A stretch of 64,000 nt of DNA from Endomicrobiales bacterium (GTDB taxonomy: Bacteria > Elusimicrobiota > Endomicrobiia > Endomicrobiales > JALOBY01). Location: assembly GCA_963796955.1 (NCBI GenBank), contig CAWCNJ010000004.1, positions 96,001 to 160,000 on the forward strand, written 5' to 3'. Numbering within the stretch: position 1 is the first letter of the stretch. The stretch is not shown here. Below: more notes on the stretch, generated by a model that saw only the letters and a program-made list of their open reading frames with translations, made no database searches and had not been told where the DNA came from.

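Noticed and set aside
18232..64000. Many short minus-strand and alternate-frame ORFs over the giant gene and other genes
   Set aside because: They are shadows of GC-rich coding sequence with no recognisable motifs.
1..64000. tRNA, rRNA, transposase or integrase genes
   Set aside because: None recognised; the intergenic spaces are short and accounted for.

Overview
Bacterial genomic window. The PorV-like barrel and giant Ser/Thr-rich repeat protein suggest Elusimicrobiota or a similar diderm, but that is inference only. Positions 1-16.5 kb hold a low-GC SF1 helicase-nuclease, mnmA, a minus-strand pair (a ~1575-aa exported protein with a T9SS-CTD/FlgD-like C-terminus, then a PorV-family barrel), an eno-ftsB-mltD-ptsI operon, a hipBA toxin-antitoxin pair and an AAA_14/DUF4143 ATPase. 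From 16.66 kb there is a near-consensus sigma70 promoter, an atypical c-di-GMP-I (GEMM) riboswitch with a 42-nt two-hairpin insertion, a small membrane protein gene and an exported HEAT-repeat gene. These lead into what reads as ONE giant gene (18232 to beyond 64000, at least ~15,250 aa). It is split into about a dozen ORFs by ~13 small frameshifts that are probably long-read indel errors. The giant protein has a signal peptide, two tandem beta-propeller-like head domains, roughly 75 Trp-rich Ig-like repeats with higher-order periodicity and a recent five-domain duplication, then roughly 30 repeats of a second 'LQVLLPGE...QTAG' type. It is still open at the window end.
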